NCBI RefSeq assembly: GCF_963921235.1
Contig: NC_086097.1
Location: forward strand, 78,246,001 to 78,310,000
Direction: 5' to 3'
DNA length: 64,000 nucleotides
Source of the DNA: Mobula hypostoma
Taxonomy: Eukaryota
The position numbers were made by a program, and so were the translations under genes. This document shows, piece by piece, positions 1 to 26,109 of the stretch. Position 1 is the stretch's first letter, and each line of letters starts with the position of its first letter. The notes beneath the pieces were generated by a model. It made no database searches. It saw only the letters and a list, made by a program, of their open reading frames with translations, and had not been told where the DNA came from.

Positions 1-104
1 AAAAGCCTTCTGAAAATCCAAGAATGCAACATCCACTGATTCTCCTTCGTCTATCCTGCTTGTTATTTCTTCAAAGAAATCCAACAGATTTCCGTCAGAT
101 CCAT

Positions 105-1200
105 CCCTAACTTCAAACCGAATTGTGTATTCACTTTTAAGATGGTATTCCAAAGGACATTTTTGGACTTCTTGTATTGTTCTGGATCACCAGTCTTGGA
201 TGACATAGATCCAGCCCTCCGCAGACTATGAATTTCCTGGTTCATCTACACCTTTTGGTTTTGGTATGTTACTATGTTGTCAAAGGTACACACTCATCCA
301 CAAAGCTCTTGATGAAGTCACTGACAACTGTGGCATATTCATTCAGATTCAAAGATGAATCTCTGAATATTGTCCAGTCCACCAACTTAAAGCAGTCTTG
401 TAAGCACTCTTCCATCTCCTTTGACAATACGTTCTTGGTCTTCACCACTGGTGCTGTGGTCTAGTCTATGCCTGTGTGCTGGGAGTAGAAGTACAGCCAA
501 TGATCAGGCCTTCCAAAATGCAGGCATGGGAAGGAATGGAAAGTGTTCTAAATGCTGGGATAACAGTGGTCTTGTGTGTTGGCTTCTCTGTTTCCACGGG
601 TGATATGATGTTGACCTGGTTGAAATTCCCCATGATAGAAGGCATCAGGGTGCACTGTTTTGTGACTGCTGATCACAGTGTTCAGCTACTCCAGTGCCTG
701 CCTGATGTTGGCCAGGTGTGGAATGTACACCACTACCAATATGTTGACTGAAAACCCTCTTGGCAACTAAAATGGATGCTAGATATTCCAGGTTGGCTCA
801 GCAGTACTGAGACAGAACAGTCACATGAGTTGATCATGAAGTATACTCTCTTCCTCCTCTACCTTTAAAAGCCTGTACTGTCCTGTCATAGTGGTGGATG
901 GTGAAGCCTTCAGGCTGATCCCTGCATCCCAAAATGGTGGGGGTAAGCCATGTTTCTGTGAAGCAAAGTACATAGCAGTCCCTGATATTCCTCTGGTACT
1001 GCGATCTTACTCTGAGGTCTTCATTTTATGTACATTCACCGGCAGGATAGTAGAGACAGAGGGTCCAAGGGCTCTGAATTTCAATTGTACCTGATAACCA
1101 GCATGCTTTCCTCTCTTCCTTTGGTGGACCCCAGTCTGCCATCTGGGGTTCACCAATTTTGAGGATTGATAGATTTTTTTAAACACCTTAAAGTGATGTT
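105..1200 (-). mobile_element. Rex1/Babar-like LINE remnant (endonuclease plus RT fragments, internally deleted)
   Basis: Degenerate minus-strand coding (NQEIHSL...KTGDPEQYKKS...); family assignment by recognition. Confidence 0.6.
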
Positions 1201-1589
1201 GCTTACTGAAGTGCCCTTGGCTGCGACTGAGGATTTCAGCTGCACGAGTCCTAAACACAATTACTTAATAATTCCCTTCAGAGCTATACGCACATACCAC
1301 TGCGGCATGCACCCATGGCACTCAAGTACTTCTTCGTACATAGGTGCACAAATCAAGCAAAGCAGCACACTAAAGGCACATGACATTAGTGTTTATAAGT
1401 GTGTATATTAAGCATGTCACTCCAGAATCCTGCATATGCCCCTTTTTTTAGTTCCAGAGGCAATAAGTCACACAGGATATTATTAGCTTCCAATATCCAC
1501 ATGAATCCTGTAGAAAAGAATAACAAACTGCATTGTATTAGTTTATAATTGTCAAATGTACCAGTGAAAAACTTGTCTTGCATTCTGTT

Positions 1590-2110
1590 TATGCTGACCA
1601 AATCATTACACAGTGCATTGAGCTAGAGTAAGGTAAAACAATTACAATACAGAATGAAGTGTAAAAGATATCATACAAAGTACAGCACAGGTTAACGATG
1701 AAGTTCAAGATCACAACAAGGTAGATTGTGAAGTCAAGGGTCCATTTTGTTATAGAAGAGGTCCACTCAAGGACTGATAACAGGGTGACCAAACTGTCCC
1801 TGTTCCCTGAGCCTGGTGGTGCATGCTTTCAAGCTTTGTATTTTAGATGGGAGAGGGGAGAAGAGAGAAAGTCCAGGGTAGATAGGGGCTTTGACTATTC
1901 TGGCTGCATAATTGGGACAACAAGAGTATAGACAGAGTCCATAGAGTGGAGTTTGATCCTGTGATGTGCTGAAGTCACTGCAGTCTCTTGTGGTCACATG
2001 CAGAGCAGTTGCCATAGCAAGCCTTTATGCATCCAGACAGGATGCTTTCATAAAAATTGATAAGTTATTTGACACTGATGTTTTGATAAAAATTGTTAAG
2101 CTATTGTACC
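1590..2110 (-). mobile_element. Rex1/Babar-like LINE 3' end
   Basis: Same 3' block as 27425-27690 and 53540-53960 in the opposite orientation (ARTTRL...FYP.VIRLL-like). Confidence 0.65.
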
Positions 2111-2184
2111 CTTGGGTGTATCTCAGCTGCGGCTGTCCTCAGCTTCACCAGACTCCCAACCACACATACGAAGTTATTTTTAAT

Positions 2185-2419
2185 TTTATTTTATTTTATT
2201 TGGAGGTAGAGCATAGTAAGAGGCCTATCTGGCCTATCAAGCCTGCACCACCCACCCAAGTGACCAGTTGACTGACCGACACATATGTCTTCGGAATGTG
2301 GGAAAAAATCGGAGCACCCAGAGGCCATGAGGAGTACAAACTCCTTATGGTCAGCAGTGGGAATTGAACCCAGGCCATTGGCACTGTAAAGCATTATGCT
2401 AACCATTACGCTACAGTGC
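2185..2419 (-). mobile_element. tRNA-derived SINE (HE1/V-SINE-like)
   Basis: Minus strand shows A-box TAGCGTAATGG, B-box GGTTCAATTCC, a central domain, a CR1-like tail and an (AATAA)n end. Confidence 0.75.
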
Positions 2420-3262
2420 GGTGAAGGCACTGGACAATGATTTTTCCCTTTCATGTTATCAGAATAAATAGTGACCTGCAAAAATTAAAAAAAAAACTTG
2501 GTTTGGGTCATGCATCAAAATTTCGGGACTGGACCAGTCACCTCTCTGGTCTGGGTGGTTCAGCAGCATTACACAAGGTGCATTAAAGGTTTTTATATCT
2601 GCCCATTCCAGAATGTGGTTTCTACTAACAGGGAGAGCACTACTATTATCATTTCCCTATGAAGATGAAGTTAGATAAGAAGATGGCAGTCTATTTGTGG
2701 CAGTTTAATACAATTAAGTGGGTGACTCAAAAGGCAGCTGAACCCAACAAATCGGTGTAAAGCAGGAGCTACAAAAATGTAAAAGTTGGTTAGCATGGCA
2801 GATTTTATTCCCTCAGCTATAAATGTGAACCTGTTGACACCTTATCAGCAAAACTAGAAAGACCTGCATTTTGATGGGAATGCTCATCCTTTGAGCTGAT
2901 TGAATGTTTTTGAATGGAGTCACTTAAACCAGAGGAAACAATGTGCTGGCAGATGCCATTTTTACAGATTCCATTTCAATTTCTACATTAAAAAATCAAA
3001 TTCACATATTTTAAAATTCTCCATTCACTTAGGAAAAATGTACATACACAGGAAGATATAAATCACAAAATAGCAAAAGTCCAACTCCCAACTATTTGCC
3101 CTGTTTCAAGTGACTCCATTCAAAATTTCTACATATTGACTTCATTTCATTGTCACTGGGAACTGCCAACGCTAATGCTTTCCTTGACAGCATCAACTGC
3201 CTCCTAGAGGACACCTGATCAAACAACAATGGCTTTGTTTGCCAGTAAAAGCAATCTGAGCA

Positions 3263-3470
3263 CAGACACTGAAAATGCTTGAAATACTCAGCAGGTCAGG
3301 CCACAGAGGTGGGAGAAGAAACACTTCATATTAGAGACCATTTGTCAGAACCATCTGCCAAAGGATGTCCGACCTGAAATATTGACTCTTTTGCTCTTAC
3401 CACAGATGCATCTTGACCTGATAAAAATTTCTTGTATTTTCTGATGTTTTAGATTTCCAGCAATTGCAGT
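3263..3470. mobile_element. Palindromic copy of the Penelope-like terminal repeat family (degenerate hammerhead at 3355-3386)
   Basis: Left arm aaatactcagcaggtcagg is mirrored by tcttgacctgata; ctgccaaagg...cctgaaatattgac. Confidence 0.55.
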
Positions 3471-3852
3471 CTATTGATAATTAATCCATATCAATTAAAC
3501 TTCCATAAACCCAAGCAGATGGGAAGGAAAATTCCACTGATGGAAGGCTATGAAAACTGTTGGTCAAATTCCTTCCAATCATGCTGCATTTACCATAAGC
3601 CATTTTCAAATATTATTCACATGCCAATTTATTACTATACTTAAGGAAGAAATCATGCTCTTTGTTATCTAATTCATTCAGTTTTCTACAAATAATATTC
3701 TCTTGGTCCTTCAAGACTCAATGAGAACATAATTGAACAATAAAAATGCTCTTATGCTGTAATCTCTTCAACTCATATCATTTTCTCTTCCCCATGGTTA
3801 GAACTGTAGATAGTATTCAAAATACAATTTAATCAGCTTTATGATATTTCAA

Positions 3853-3965
3853 AAAACAAATTGCTGGAGAAACTCAGCAGGCCAGGCAACATCTGTGGAG
3901 TGAAATGGACAGGTCAAGACATCTTCTTCTGGACTGGACCCAGCATCTGCAGTCTCTTGTGTCTC
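3853..3965. mobile_element. Short copy of the same repeat family
   Basis: tgctggagaaactcagcaggccaggcaacatctgtgga...cagcatctgcagtctcttgtgtctc. Confidence 0.6.
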
Positions 3966-5889
3966 CATTTTACAAAGTTTTGGGTTTCATTTCATTATCT
4001 GCTTCTCATTATGAATACGGCCACTTTTTATTTATTTGAAGTTATTTCAAGTTTCTTGCCAAATAGGACTATCATATACACTTCAACCATCGCTGTACCC
4101 ATAAGATCGGTTTCATTTTCCCAATGTTATGTACCCATTTACATAACATATCCTTACTCCATCTACTTCAGCAGATGTGTGATCTCTTATCTCTTGAGCT
4201 CAAAAGTTTGTGTATTTGTTCTATTTCCACCGCCTGTCATCCTATAAAGTTCTCTGCTATCTTTTGCTGCAGTCTCCATTGCAGCCGATGGGTGAATCTC
4301 AGAAGTCCTTGGTGAAGTCGCATCTAGTGGTTAAGGCTTATCAGAGGCTTATGGTGAGAAGAAGCTATGTTTTGTATCCCAGGGCAGGGTCAATTCTAAG
4401 AGATACACGCTCAGAGAATGTTGCATTCCCCACGCCACACGCACACACAACCTGTCTCTTTTACTTCATGGCTGCCGACACCCATTCATAAGTAGACACT
4501 CGATAAGAGAGGTATACCACTCTGCTCAGGGCGAATACGGCACGGGAATCCACGTGAGCAAGAGGTTTTTGAGGCAAATAGTTACTCGAGGACAGTGATG
4601 CACTGAGAGTTATTTTCCTTCTCTCTCCTTACCCCATTCAATATTTTTTCATCGACCGCACGTGGTTAGAAAGTAAAATATCAGCGCCTTAGTTTAAAAT
4701 TTTACTGAATAGAACAAGGAATTCACACGAATTGCGGAATAAATATATTTGCGTTTGGGAAAAAAAAATCTCCTCTAAACCGATCGATGAGGGCATAACG
4801 GTGCTTAGATACAATTAAAACCCATCTGCTAGAGGAAGAAATTGCATTGATGAAATATTTGGCCGCGCGTAAGACTTGGGAATGAGTGTTGGGCTCGGGG
4901 CATTGATACAGGGTGGTGGTGGCGGGGTGTCAGACATTCATGCCGTGCCATAATATTCTGAGGAAGCAGATCAGTTCTGTCTCTACTTCAACAGCCAAGA
5001 AAAAAATGCACCGACGTCAAAAAGTATTTCCTGGATCAGATTTTTCCCCAATGACGTATGGCACAACTGAAAAACCAAATAAGTAGAATAGCAAAGAAAT
5101 CGAATTGATATGATTGAGTCCATTTACGCACATAGAATTTATTGAAAATATAGTTTCTGCGCCTATAAAGTAACATCACGAGCATTTCAAATTGTTCTGT
5201 GATTCAGAAATGCATTCATTACTCTCCACTCCTTGTGTCGCTTAACTAAATAAATAAAAAGTCCAGGTCTCTGTTTGCTCGATCAATGTGTTAGGTGAAT
5301 GCATTCAAAGACAATTTTCTGGTTCGGGACTCATGAAGTGGAGGTTGAACTCGCGGTGCGAGGTACCCGTTCCGTCTCACTCGGAGGTGAGTCACCGAAA
5401 CTCCAGTCGGATATTGCGCACCGCTCGAAATAAGGTGACACACTTCCCCCTAGTGGCTGATTCAAAATCAATCCCCAATCTCCACAAGATCCGATGGACT
5501 GACAAATTATAACTTTTGAAGTACTAAAACACATTAATAATTGACTGGAAACGCACAAATTAGTTGGCATATTTTACGTTCTTTTCCTTGAACATTTCAC
5601 CTAATTTACATGATCGAAGACGTAAACTACTTTAACGCAAGGTCTTATGATTTTGTTAAACTAAGTCAATATGTGTATGTGTTGTGCGCGTGGCTGCTAA
5701 AAATGACTGGGTTAAGGCGAAAATATGATCAATTGAGCAAGGCTCAACCTGGCTCGAATCTTTCTGTCATATTATATGAGTATATTGGCTCCAGTCCACT
5801 GGAATCCGCCTAATTGCTTTCCTCGCCGCGGTCTGCCTCCTTTGGAACTGTATCCCTCTTGTTGTGAGGTAACTGAATAAACACAAGCT

Positions 5890-5955
5890 CGCTTCCTCCC
5901 AGGCTGCCGGTGATTGGCAGATGCTGAATGCAAGGAATGCAAAAGGGTATTTAAA
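5890..5955 (+). promoter_or_regulatory. THBS1: THBS1 core promoter: ETS-like GCTTCCT, inverted CCAAT (GATTGG 5912-5917), tandem TEAD-like GAATG/GGAATG (5926-5939), TATA-like TATTTAAA (5948-5955)
   Basis: Motifs read directly, in a CpG-rich stretch ~380 nt upstream of the ATG. The order matches my recollection of the mammalian THBS1 promoter. Confidence 0.8.
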
Positions 5956-5979
5956 GGAGCCGCAGTCGGGCTCCACGGT

Positions 5980-6193
5980 AGTAGCGATCGCCGGTACCCT
6001 CAGCTTCAGGAACTGCTTCTGCACAAGTGGCTAAGCGGAAAGGCAAGCATCGCTCCAAGTCTTTGGTTACTCAGGCTACCCGCTTCTGCACTAGAACTTG
6101 TTCCATTTAGGATCTGTCACTGGCACTTCTTGCTTTACGCGGAACTATTACAGTTGATACCGTTCAGTTCATCCGGAGATTACAAGAGTACTG
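5980..6193 (+). other. THBS1: Probable non-coding exon 1 (5'UTR); TSS approximate
   Basis: Starts ~25-30 nt after the TATA. Donor CTG|gtcagt at 6193/6194; acceptor ttttatgctag| at 6311 opens the ATG exon (6312). Mammalian THBS1 has a non-coding exon 1. Confidence 0.6.
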
Positions 6194-6332
6194 GTCAGTA
6201 AAAGTTAGGCTCTAATAACACAGCTAACGAATTGCATTTTATTTGTTAAAACTGATTTCACTGTGGGAAATTATAAGCAGCTAAAACAATTTCACCCCTC
6301 TTTTATGCTAGGTAGCGAGCCCCTGTTCTAAA

Positions 6333-19268
<12,936 letters not shown>

Positions 19269-21240
19269 TTAACAGTCGTGGATGTGGAAATGTTTAAGAA
19301 ACCGGTGTTGCACCTATCTATTTTCTTGGAGCCATTGTTTCCTCCTTCTTTGTTTTACTTACGGAAAGCACATGACCTGCATTGGCTGATAGAACTCACT
19401 GGATGATATCAACTTAAAATACAGCAATGTCTGCAAGGAAATTATTCCCTAGATCATGACTCAGTATAATGTTTCCACTTCTGACAAATGCAAATTACAG
19501 GTACATTTAAACAAAACCTCTTGCATCTGGAAAAGGCAAATCATTAATCATTCCAATTCTACTACATCTCATGGCAGGAGGCCCCGTGAAAGGAGACTGC
19601 ACACTGTTAATGAGACTATCTCTGCTGTGGACTTTTTCTCAAATAAAAAGAGATGAGGACCATTCTATGGTGAAAGGATAGCTGAGGATTAAATGAGCAG
19701 AAAAAGAACTCACAAATGGGGTGGGAGAACTGTGATAGATCTATTATGTGCAAATATATCTGGAAGACACCTTGGAGGAACTGTTTCTTGTTTTGTATTG
19801 GAACTTGTTTATTATACAAAATTAATATGTGTGAATACTAGCAGAATTAGTCAGTTGATTACACACATGAAAATCTAATTCCGTAGATCCTGAGCCCACT
19901 GTAAATCACATCAAAACCAACCATCTCTCCAGGTATGTGCTGACCAGATTAAGTTAAAGGTTGCAAAATCTATCTTCAGGTCTTGTTGCCAGGAAGAGTT
20001 TATGAAGATCAAACATAACTTCGGCTCCTATAGGATAAGATTGCTGTCACTTGCTTTTATTCAAAGTGAAGCTAGTCTGATGATGGCAAGTTAAGTTAGA
20101 AGAGCAGTCCACAAGTATTCTCTTCTGCACTGATACTAGCCACCATGGAAGGAGTGTTTGCTTCAAATACTATGGTTTTAAAAAAGGCGCAAGTGGACAG
20201 TTGAGAGATTGCTCTTCTCTTAACCTAACATTTGTTAAAATAACAAATTGTTGTGCCTGTAGATATTTTTTTAAAAAGTCATAAATTATTTATTTTCTTA
20301 TCCTGGGTGAAATAAGATTGAAGGACACTTTAAAAAAATGCGGCAGACTATCCATGAGAATTTATCATAGTCTTTGTATGCATTCTAAGATTGTAAATAC
20401 AGTGATTATTTATTAATATTGTTCTATATTGATGCTAGCTAGTTTAGGTTTTTTATTATTTGTTGAAACATTTTGTTCTACTGCCCAACCTAAAGGGTAG
20501 CCCATAGGTGAAGCTGAAAGTGAGGGACTCCGCTGGAGTCTGTAATCTTGTTTTTGCAGGCTGTTGGGCCGTGAGATGCAGTTGTCTCTATTTTGCTCCT
20601 AACAAAGTAGCCCTTTTAGAGCCTAGAACTTTTTTCAACCATGTGATACACATGGATCTATATGGTTTCCAAAAAGAGAAAAAGGTGAAACTTTTCTATG
20701 TACAAATATTACCTCACTGTTGTCTGATCAATAAGAACCTTTAGATCAAGCAGCAGAAAACCTTGCTCATGTGTCTAAAGTCTCTCAAAGCTACTGTAGT
20801 ATTAAAGGCTGTGTACATAGTCAAAAATTTATTTTTACAGAAGAAAAATGTATTGCCCCATAACAAAAAATGTTAACAGCAACTAGTGTTCTCAAACTGG
20901 CTCATGTTTTCTCCCAAAATTAATAGTATGTCATTGCTCTTTATCAAAAGAAAACAAAAAGTTGTATAAATTATTGAGTTTTTTCTGGTGAAACTTGTAA
21001 CATTAAGCAAGTAAACAAATCTCATTATTTTGTAGATATGCTATTTAAGTAATTTATCAGGAAATGCTACCTAGAGTTAGTGTTTCTGTCTGTATGAAAT
21101 CTTTTGCACATTGAATTCATGTTGCTTTTTACATATTGTTTTATCAATAGGAGTTGCTTTTTTGTACATCTTTCTAGCCATTTTACAATTAAAGCTGTTA
21201 AAATCAAACATTGCTGTTTATAACAAACATGAAATTACTA
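19269..21240 (+). promoter_or_regulatory. THBS1: THBS1 3'UTR (3' end approximate; ATTAAA at 21188-21193)
   Basis: AU-rich with no obvious repeat insertions. TTATTTATT at 20286 and 20406, TGTAAATA 20392, TACCTCA 20710, TGTACATA 20812, TTTGCACA 21103. Confidence 0.7.
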
Positions 21241-22819
21241 TAAAACATTTAGAACCAATCTCTCTCGTTGTGTAATTACTTGTAATCCATTCAAGACTGA
21301 AGATATTTTATCAGTTGGTTTGTGTTAAGTATCTCTGCAGATCAACAATATGGTTTCCATTCCAGTTCAGCATCTCAATGCTACTCATAAGGTAAAGTGC
21401 ATTTTGCATCTGGCATTGAAGTTGCTTATGTAAAATGGTCTGAAAATGCACTTTTAATCCTTTTATTATCTTTCAGAATAAATACACTGAATATAAACAT
21501 TTTGAAGATGTTTTCACAGTTACCCCACCCCACCGCACCTGTCTTAACAGTGCACATTCAGCACAATAAGCCTTTGCTCAGTGGAAAAAGGGACGGCCGT
21601 ATTGCACATGGACCTCTCAGTAATTTTGTTTCAGTAACCAAGGTCTGGGTGGGAATGGAAGAAGGAAGGTCTTTTGCCTGGGGTTGGACTGCAATGCACA
21701 ACCCACCTCAATAATTATTTAGCACATTAGGGACTTACAGGTGTCCACCCGAGTAATGTGCATACAGAACCTGTCCCTCCAAAACAGCAAATTTTAACTT
21801 TGGTTCACATCCCTGAACTACACAGATCTTTTTCTTTTACAAAATGACAATCCATTTCCTGATGATGGTAGAAAGCTTGTTTGATTTTTCCCAGATTTTG
21901 TATCATTAATTTCCATTCAGCTTCAATCCCTAACATACAATAATGCCATTTGAAAAGTATTTTCTTTGATTTAAAAGGAGGCCGATGTCAGGACAGCAAT
22001 GGAGTTGGTAATGGATATTTTGGCACCCATTCAGCTGTGGTTGATGTGATCATGCTTTTTGCTAGTTAATTACCTCCATATTTTGCTCAATTTTCTCAAC
22101 TACCAATATAATTCTGGATTATCTATCTAACTATGTTGATGGCAAAATCTGCAGTATTTATTTACATCACACAATCAGACAACACTGCTGACTACCAAAT
22201 ATATACTTTAAAATTGTTTGTATCACTTTTACTTAACACAATTTAAGGAATAATATCTGAATTCATATAATGAAATTAGAGCTAAAAAGGATTTATCATT
22301 GTCTTGTAAAGATTTCAGTTGCAGTAGTTCAACTTCATTTGTATTTTCACTTACAGTACATCTGGCATTCAACCAATTCCACTTTAAAAGCCGCTTCAGC
22401 TTCTGCATCCGCTTCCACCACCTTTGTAGGTAGTGAAGTGGAAACATTTTTCCCCAAGCTGGTTTTGGTTCTTCACCTAAGATCAGTGCCCAATTGTCAA
22501 TCCTTGAGCTAAAGGCAAATATTTCTCCTCATTTACTTTTCAAGACTTATGTGATTTTGAAACTTATCTGTCCTTCCTTGAAGGAAAACAATTTCAGCTA
22601 CTCTGGGCTGTCTCTCAGCTCTGGAAGCATTCCAGTAAATCTTTTCTATACTCCTTCTCAATGGACATTTTAATCAAATTATGGTCCAGTGTTTTACAAA
22701 ATGTTCAAAACAAACATTCTGCTTCTGTAGTATTTACTGGGTGGGGCTCTGTACATCAATTTAGCAAGCTTCATCACATGAATTAAAACCTTTGTTTTAT
22801 TTTCCTGCTTTGTTTTATG

Positions 22820-23430
22820 TAATACCACACAATGATGCAGCCAGACAGGACACACTCAATGGTGTTCCTGTAGAAAGCTGTTAGAAGGAGAGCCTTGCAC
22901 ACCTCAGTCTCCTCAGAAAATGTAATCTATGCCATGACTTCTGATGAGGAGGTGGTGTGGGTCCAGGTTATATCATCCATGATGTGTACATCGAGGAAAT
23001 TCGTGCTTTTCACTCTCTCCACCACAGAGTCATTAATGTGCCAGGGAAAGTAGTCAATCTGTGCCTTCCTGAAGTCCATAATCGTCTCTTTCATCTTGTC
23101 CACATTGAGGCTCAGGTTGTTGCTTTTGCACCATTTGACATGCCTCTCTAGGTCCTCTCTGTATGCTGACTCATCACCGCCCTGGGGAGCATCAGTGCTC
23201 AGAGTGATGGAGCTTGAGATGTTGCTGCCAACTTGGACTGATTGGGGTCCTTCCATCAAGTAGTCCAAGATCCAGTTACAGAGAGAGGTGTTGAGTCCCA
23301 ACAATGACAGCTAACCACCAACCTGGCATACAGGGTATCATTTTCTAGGTGGAACAGGATGGAGTGGAGGACTGAGGCTATGGCATCATCAGTGCACTGG
23401 TTTGAGTGGTAGGTGAACTGGAAAGGGCTA
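22820..23430 (-). mobile_element. Rex1/Babar-like LINE RT fragment
   Basis: ORF 22927..23304: [30 protein letters not shown]. Confidence 0.85.
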
Positions 23431-26109
23431 GTTTATTTGGAACCTTCCTCCATCATAAGTTGAAAAATGGGGATTTTGCATAATTAGGTAATTTTGGACT
23501 GCAAAAGTGCACTGAGCTTCTCCAACAAGAGAGAACTTAACCACCGATCCTTGATAGGTAATGGTTTTACCATTACCAAGACTCTACCCTCAACATTCTA
23601 GGGATAACCATTGACCAGATATTCAACTAGATTAGCCACCTAAATACTGTAGCTGCAAGAGTAAGTCAAGAGTAATTTATCTAACCCACCATGAACCCTT
23701 TCCACGCTCTACAGTGCACATGATGGGAGCATAATGGATAACTGCAGTCCCAGCAATTCACAAGTCCTGTTTAGATGGGACCCCATTCATTCATTCTCTA
23801 AGCATTCATTCCCTTTGCTATAGGAATAGCTATTTCATACATTTCAATGATAATATATGCCGTATTAAAACAAAATATATTTAACCATTGTAAAAAAAAC
23901 ATTTTCAGGTTGATTATATTCCATTCCAAAATCCAGTTAAATTTTCATTTCCTTTTATTGCTGCTTTCTGCTTTCAAAGCCTTAAATTGCCTAGTCCAAA
24001 GCAGTCGTGAATCTCTCATGCATTCCATACATCATGAAAATCAATGCCAAATCAGTTATGTTATTAAATACACTTTTAATCATAATTCCAAGTAAAATCA
24101 GAAATCAGTATGTCTTCCGTAAAGATAAACATTTCAGCAAAAATACTATAAGCTGACGCTCCCCATGTTTTATATAGATGTCTTTCACTTGATAAGATTT
24201 GTGTTATTCAAAGTTTTCATTCCAGAACCTGGTATATTTGTCACTTCAATCCTCCCATCAGTACAAAGTTACTATAATATAATCTGTGGGCAAGAAAACA
24301 AATATAAATCAGTATTTTTCAATGCAAGAAAATACATTCACCCCAGAATCCAACCCCTCCCCAACTCTCCACCATTTCTTTCATTTCTTTTCTCTTTAAA
24401 AAGCTACTATTATTTCTTTGTAATGTCTAAATGTAAATTTTCCATAAGTAATATACAGAATATAAAGAACAATTTCTCAAGGTCTATCATTTGATTAAAA
24501 ATGTTCACTCCATTTCCTTCCACTTATTAACTTGATTCTTGAAGCTTTTATCATAGTTAAAATTTAATCCAAATCAAAATTGCTAATTCCTTTTAAAATA
24601 GCTTTCTCCTCATAAAAAAATTAGCATGATCTGTCCCAGATGTGATTAAAACCAGCCACTCTACATGCACGTTGAAAAGGAAAACAATTGCATTCCGTGT
24701 AAATTTTCAATTTAGGTTTTGCTGCTTATTCTTCAGTGGAATGAACAGGACAAAAACTTGTTTTTGTTAGCTTGGATAAAAATAAGTTATGCTAAATAAC
24801 AATAGATTCTTGAATTTTACTTACATTAGATATTTCAGGTGATTGTTGGGGTTCGAAGGACTACAAGCCCAAAATAAGGCTTAGACCAGTTAATAACCTA
24901 AACTAGTACGAATGTAGTTAATTTACTTATTAATAGACAGGTTTTCTGTTGATTAACTGTGGGGTAGTTAATACTTATCACAAGACAAATGTAGAGAACC
25001 ACGAACAACGTTCTCGCAGATCAATTTCTCTCTGATTTTTCCTGTACAATCAAAGACAAGAGGTCAGAGGCAAGCTGCAGTTCTGGTGTGAGTGCAGTGA
25101 GATGAAAGGTCGGGTGCACTTAGCACCCTGCCCCTTAACTGAGCAGGGCGACATTCATCTGATGAGTCATGGGATCATCAATCCTGAATAAATGATGTTC
25201 AGATTTGTTGTAGTTCTGTACTTATGCATTCTGCTTTCTCAATGCTTTAAATTAATTTCCAATCTTTGAATTCATTTCTAATACTTTTAATTTTCAATTT
25301 AAGATCATTTTAATGTTTAAAATAAAACACTTCAGATTTTTAAATATCCCTTCATTGATTCAAAGAGTCAGTTTAGTCATCCCTCTGTATTTGAACCAGG
25401 TGAACACAAACAGTACAGCTACTGAATCCTCTGTTTTGGGCTCAGTACGAATGCATTCTGGTTCTAGCCTTACCATATTTCAATTTGTTTCCTTTGAATA
25501 ACACAAAAGACTTGGTAAAAGGTCAAATCACACGTTATTTTCACTATCCTATCGAAATCATCACTATTACACTTTATGTAGATAACTCCACATTCTTATC
25601 GTATCCTGGATAAACTACTTCCTACCAATTTCCTTATTAATTTCATACTGACTGTCTACTGTATACTTATGGTTCCTAGTTCTGGTTTTCCCATAAAGTG
25701 AAATCATCTCTTCCTCTCTACCATTCCATCCCTCAGTTTACTATAAAGAAAGGAACCTCCAGATGTCCTGTCTTTCCAGATCATGGACTGAACCACTGAC
25801 CAACTGGAACTTATTCATCTGAGTAAAGTAATAGCTTGTAATCTATAAGGCTGGATATATCACTATCACCTCAGTGCTCATTTGGACAGGTCTGAGGCTG
25901 ATCACCTGGCTAACTCTCAGAATCATGAGCACCAATCTTTCAGGTTGCCATTATGTAATACACTCCTTTGAGATTGTCTTAGTTCCAAGCCTCAATGCCA
26001 GAAATCTTTACATTAGTTCTGTACCTCTTTTTCAGAACTTCCTCAGAGCACTGTCACTCTTCTGGCTGACAGCTTCATCATGAAGGGCTCAAGAGGCTGC
26101 TCATGGCAT

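Noticed and set aside
2360..2419. tRNA gene on the minus strand
   Set aside because: A and B boxes continue into a SINE body and tail; no complete cloverleaf.
25159..25205. CTGATGAG as another hammerhead or a C/D snoRNA box
   Set aside because: No downstream helix II plus GAAA and no properly placed terminal D box; better explained as an AP-1 site.
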